From NCBI GenBank assembly GCA_918797485.1, contig CAKKNE010000002.1:3410001-3474000 (forward strand): a stretch of 64,000 nucleotides of DNA. The letters run 5' to 3'. Every line of letters begins with the position of its first letter. The first letter of the stretch is position 1. The notes beneath the pieces are model-generated. The model was not told the origin of the DNA and made no database searches. It was given only the letters and a program-made list of their open reading frames with translations. Of the stretch, positions 62,628-64,000 are shown in pieces. The translations under genes were made by a program, and so were the position numbers. Origin of the DNA: Pelagomonas calceolata. Lineage: Eukaryota.

Positions 62628-64000
62628 TCAAGATGTGGGCGGCGCGGCCGGCTCGCCATCGACGGGCTCGGCGAGGACCTCGCGGACGCGTCGCGCGTCC
62701 GAGCGCGCGACGGTGAAGCGGTACCCCGAGTCGACGACGGCGACGCCGACGGCGGGAATCTCGCCGTGGACGGCGCAGAGGTAGCCCGACAGCGTCACGC
62801 AGTCGAACGCGCGGTCGTCGAGCGGCGGCGCGGCGGCGCCGCCGCTGCCGCCGCCGCCTCCGCCTCCGGCGGGCGCCGGCGGCGGGCCGAAGAGCGCGGC
62901 GCGGACGTCGTCCAGCTCGGCCTCGCCGCGGACCACGTACGTCCTGGACGCGCCCCCCCGGCCGCGGTCCCCGGCGCCGCGCACGACCTGGATGAGCGAG
63001 CGGTCGGCCCGGTCGGCGCCCTCGGCCGCGTCGTCCTCGTCGTAGATCTCCCCGACGACCTCCTCGAGGATATCTTCCAGCGTCACGATGCCCGCGGTGC
63101 CGCCGTACTCGTCCACCACGACGGCGAGGTGCCGCCGCCGCCGCCGGAGGCTCTCGAGCGCGGCCCAGACCTGTGCGTAAATTAACCAGTGAGTCGGGTG
63201 CACCCGATAATTCTTCACTAAGTCATTTCTCGGCGAGAACGCGGCCGTGTTGGCTGAAACGAGCGGTAATAGACCACAACTCCACGCCGTCGAGCAGGCG
63301 TCGCGTCGATGGCGTGGAGGTCATGATTGAGCCGTGGCGAGGCGCGTCGCGAGAAATTGATTGAGCACTGGCCCAGACGCTCATGGAGCCCGGCACGAAG
63401 TACGGCGACTCGAGGGCCGGCTCGTCGCGCGCGCGCGTCGCGCGCAGCGCCGCCGCGCCGCCGCGCTCCGCGTAGCGGATCAGCGTCTTCGCGAGGAGCA
63501 CGCCCACGACGTCGTCGACGTCCTTCTCGTAGACGAGGACGCGGCTGCGCTTCGCTGCGCGCATGAGGTCCAGCGCCTCGCTGAGCGGTGCGCCGCCGGC
63601 CAGCGCCACGACGTCGACGCGCGGCGTCATCACCTCCGCGACGCGCGTCGCGCGCAGGTCCAGCACGCCGTCGACCATGCGCGACTCCCGCGCGCCGAGC
63701 GCGCCGCTGCGCCGCGCGCCGGCGACCAGCAGCCGCAGGCCGCGCTCCGAGACGCCCAGCGCGGCGGCGTCGCCCCGCGCGGCGAGGCCGAGCGGCGCGA
63801 GGCACAGCTGCGCGAGCGCGCCGAAGAACGCGCCGACCGGGGCGAGGACGACGGCGGCCGCGCGCACGAGCGGCACCGCGCGCCGCGCGACGCGCTCGGC
63901 GTTCGCGACGGCGAGCGTCTTCGGCAGCAGCTCGCCGAGGAAGATCGAGCCCGCGGCGAAGCCCAGCGTCGCCGCCGCCGCGCGCCGCGGCGCGCCGGCG
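62628..64000 (-). CDS. CNNM/DUF21-CBS-CorC domain protein, 5' end outside window; introner intron 63378..63171
   Basis: [85 protein letters not shown]. Confidence 0.92.
63171..63370. mobile_element. Introner element IE-3 (forms GT-AG intron 63378..63171)
   Basis: Perfect 8-bp TSD gcccagac (63163-63170, 63371-63378); diverged TIRs ctgtgcgtaaattaa / ttgattgagcactg; internal homology to IE-1 and IE-2. Confidence 0.92.

Overview
Gene-dense, very GC-rich eukaryotic nuclear DNA, inferred to be from a photosynthetic stramenopile, most likely a pelagophyte such as Aureococcus (LHC protein, nucleus-encoded plastid enzymes with signal peptides, few short introns). About 38 protein-coding genes can be modelled; most long ORFs in the supplied track are GC shadow frames. 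The clearest hidden system is a family of ~200-bp non-autonomous DNA transposons inserted in coding sequence that appear to act as perfectly spliced introns (31207-31405, 52695-52897, 63171-63370). Each has terminal inverted repeats and an 8-bp target-site duplication (TSD). The TIR supplies the acceptor AG and the duplicated host sequence supplies the GT or GC donor. This matches the introner mechanism already described for Aureococcus anophagefferens, so the class is not new, but the window shows both orientations, a GC donor, an asymmetric copy and a probable decayed relic. Other signals: a recurrent CTAGCG..ACACTAG motif mostly near gene starts, CpA->TpA differences between repeat copies (RIP-like hypothesis), an ATGA-overlapped ORF pair, several unusual domain fusions and small dispersed repeats. 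Splice sites and domain calls were made by eye, without RNA data or database searches.
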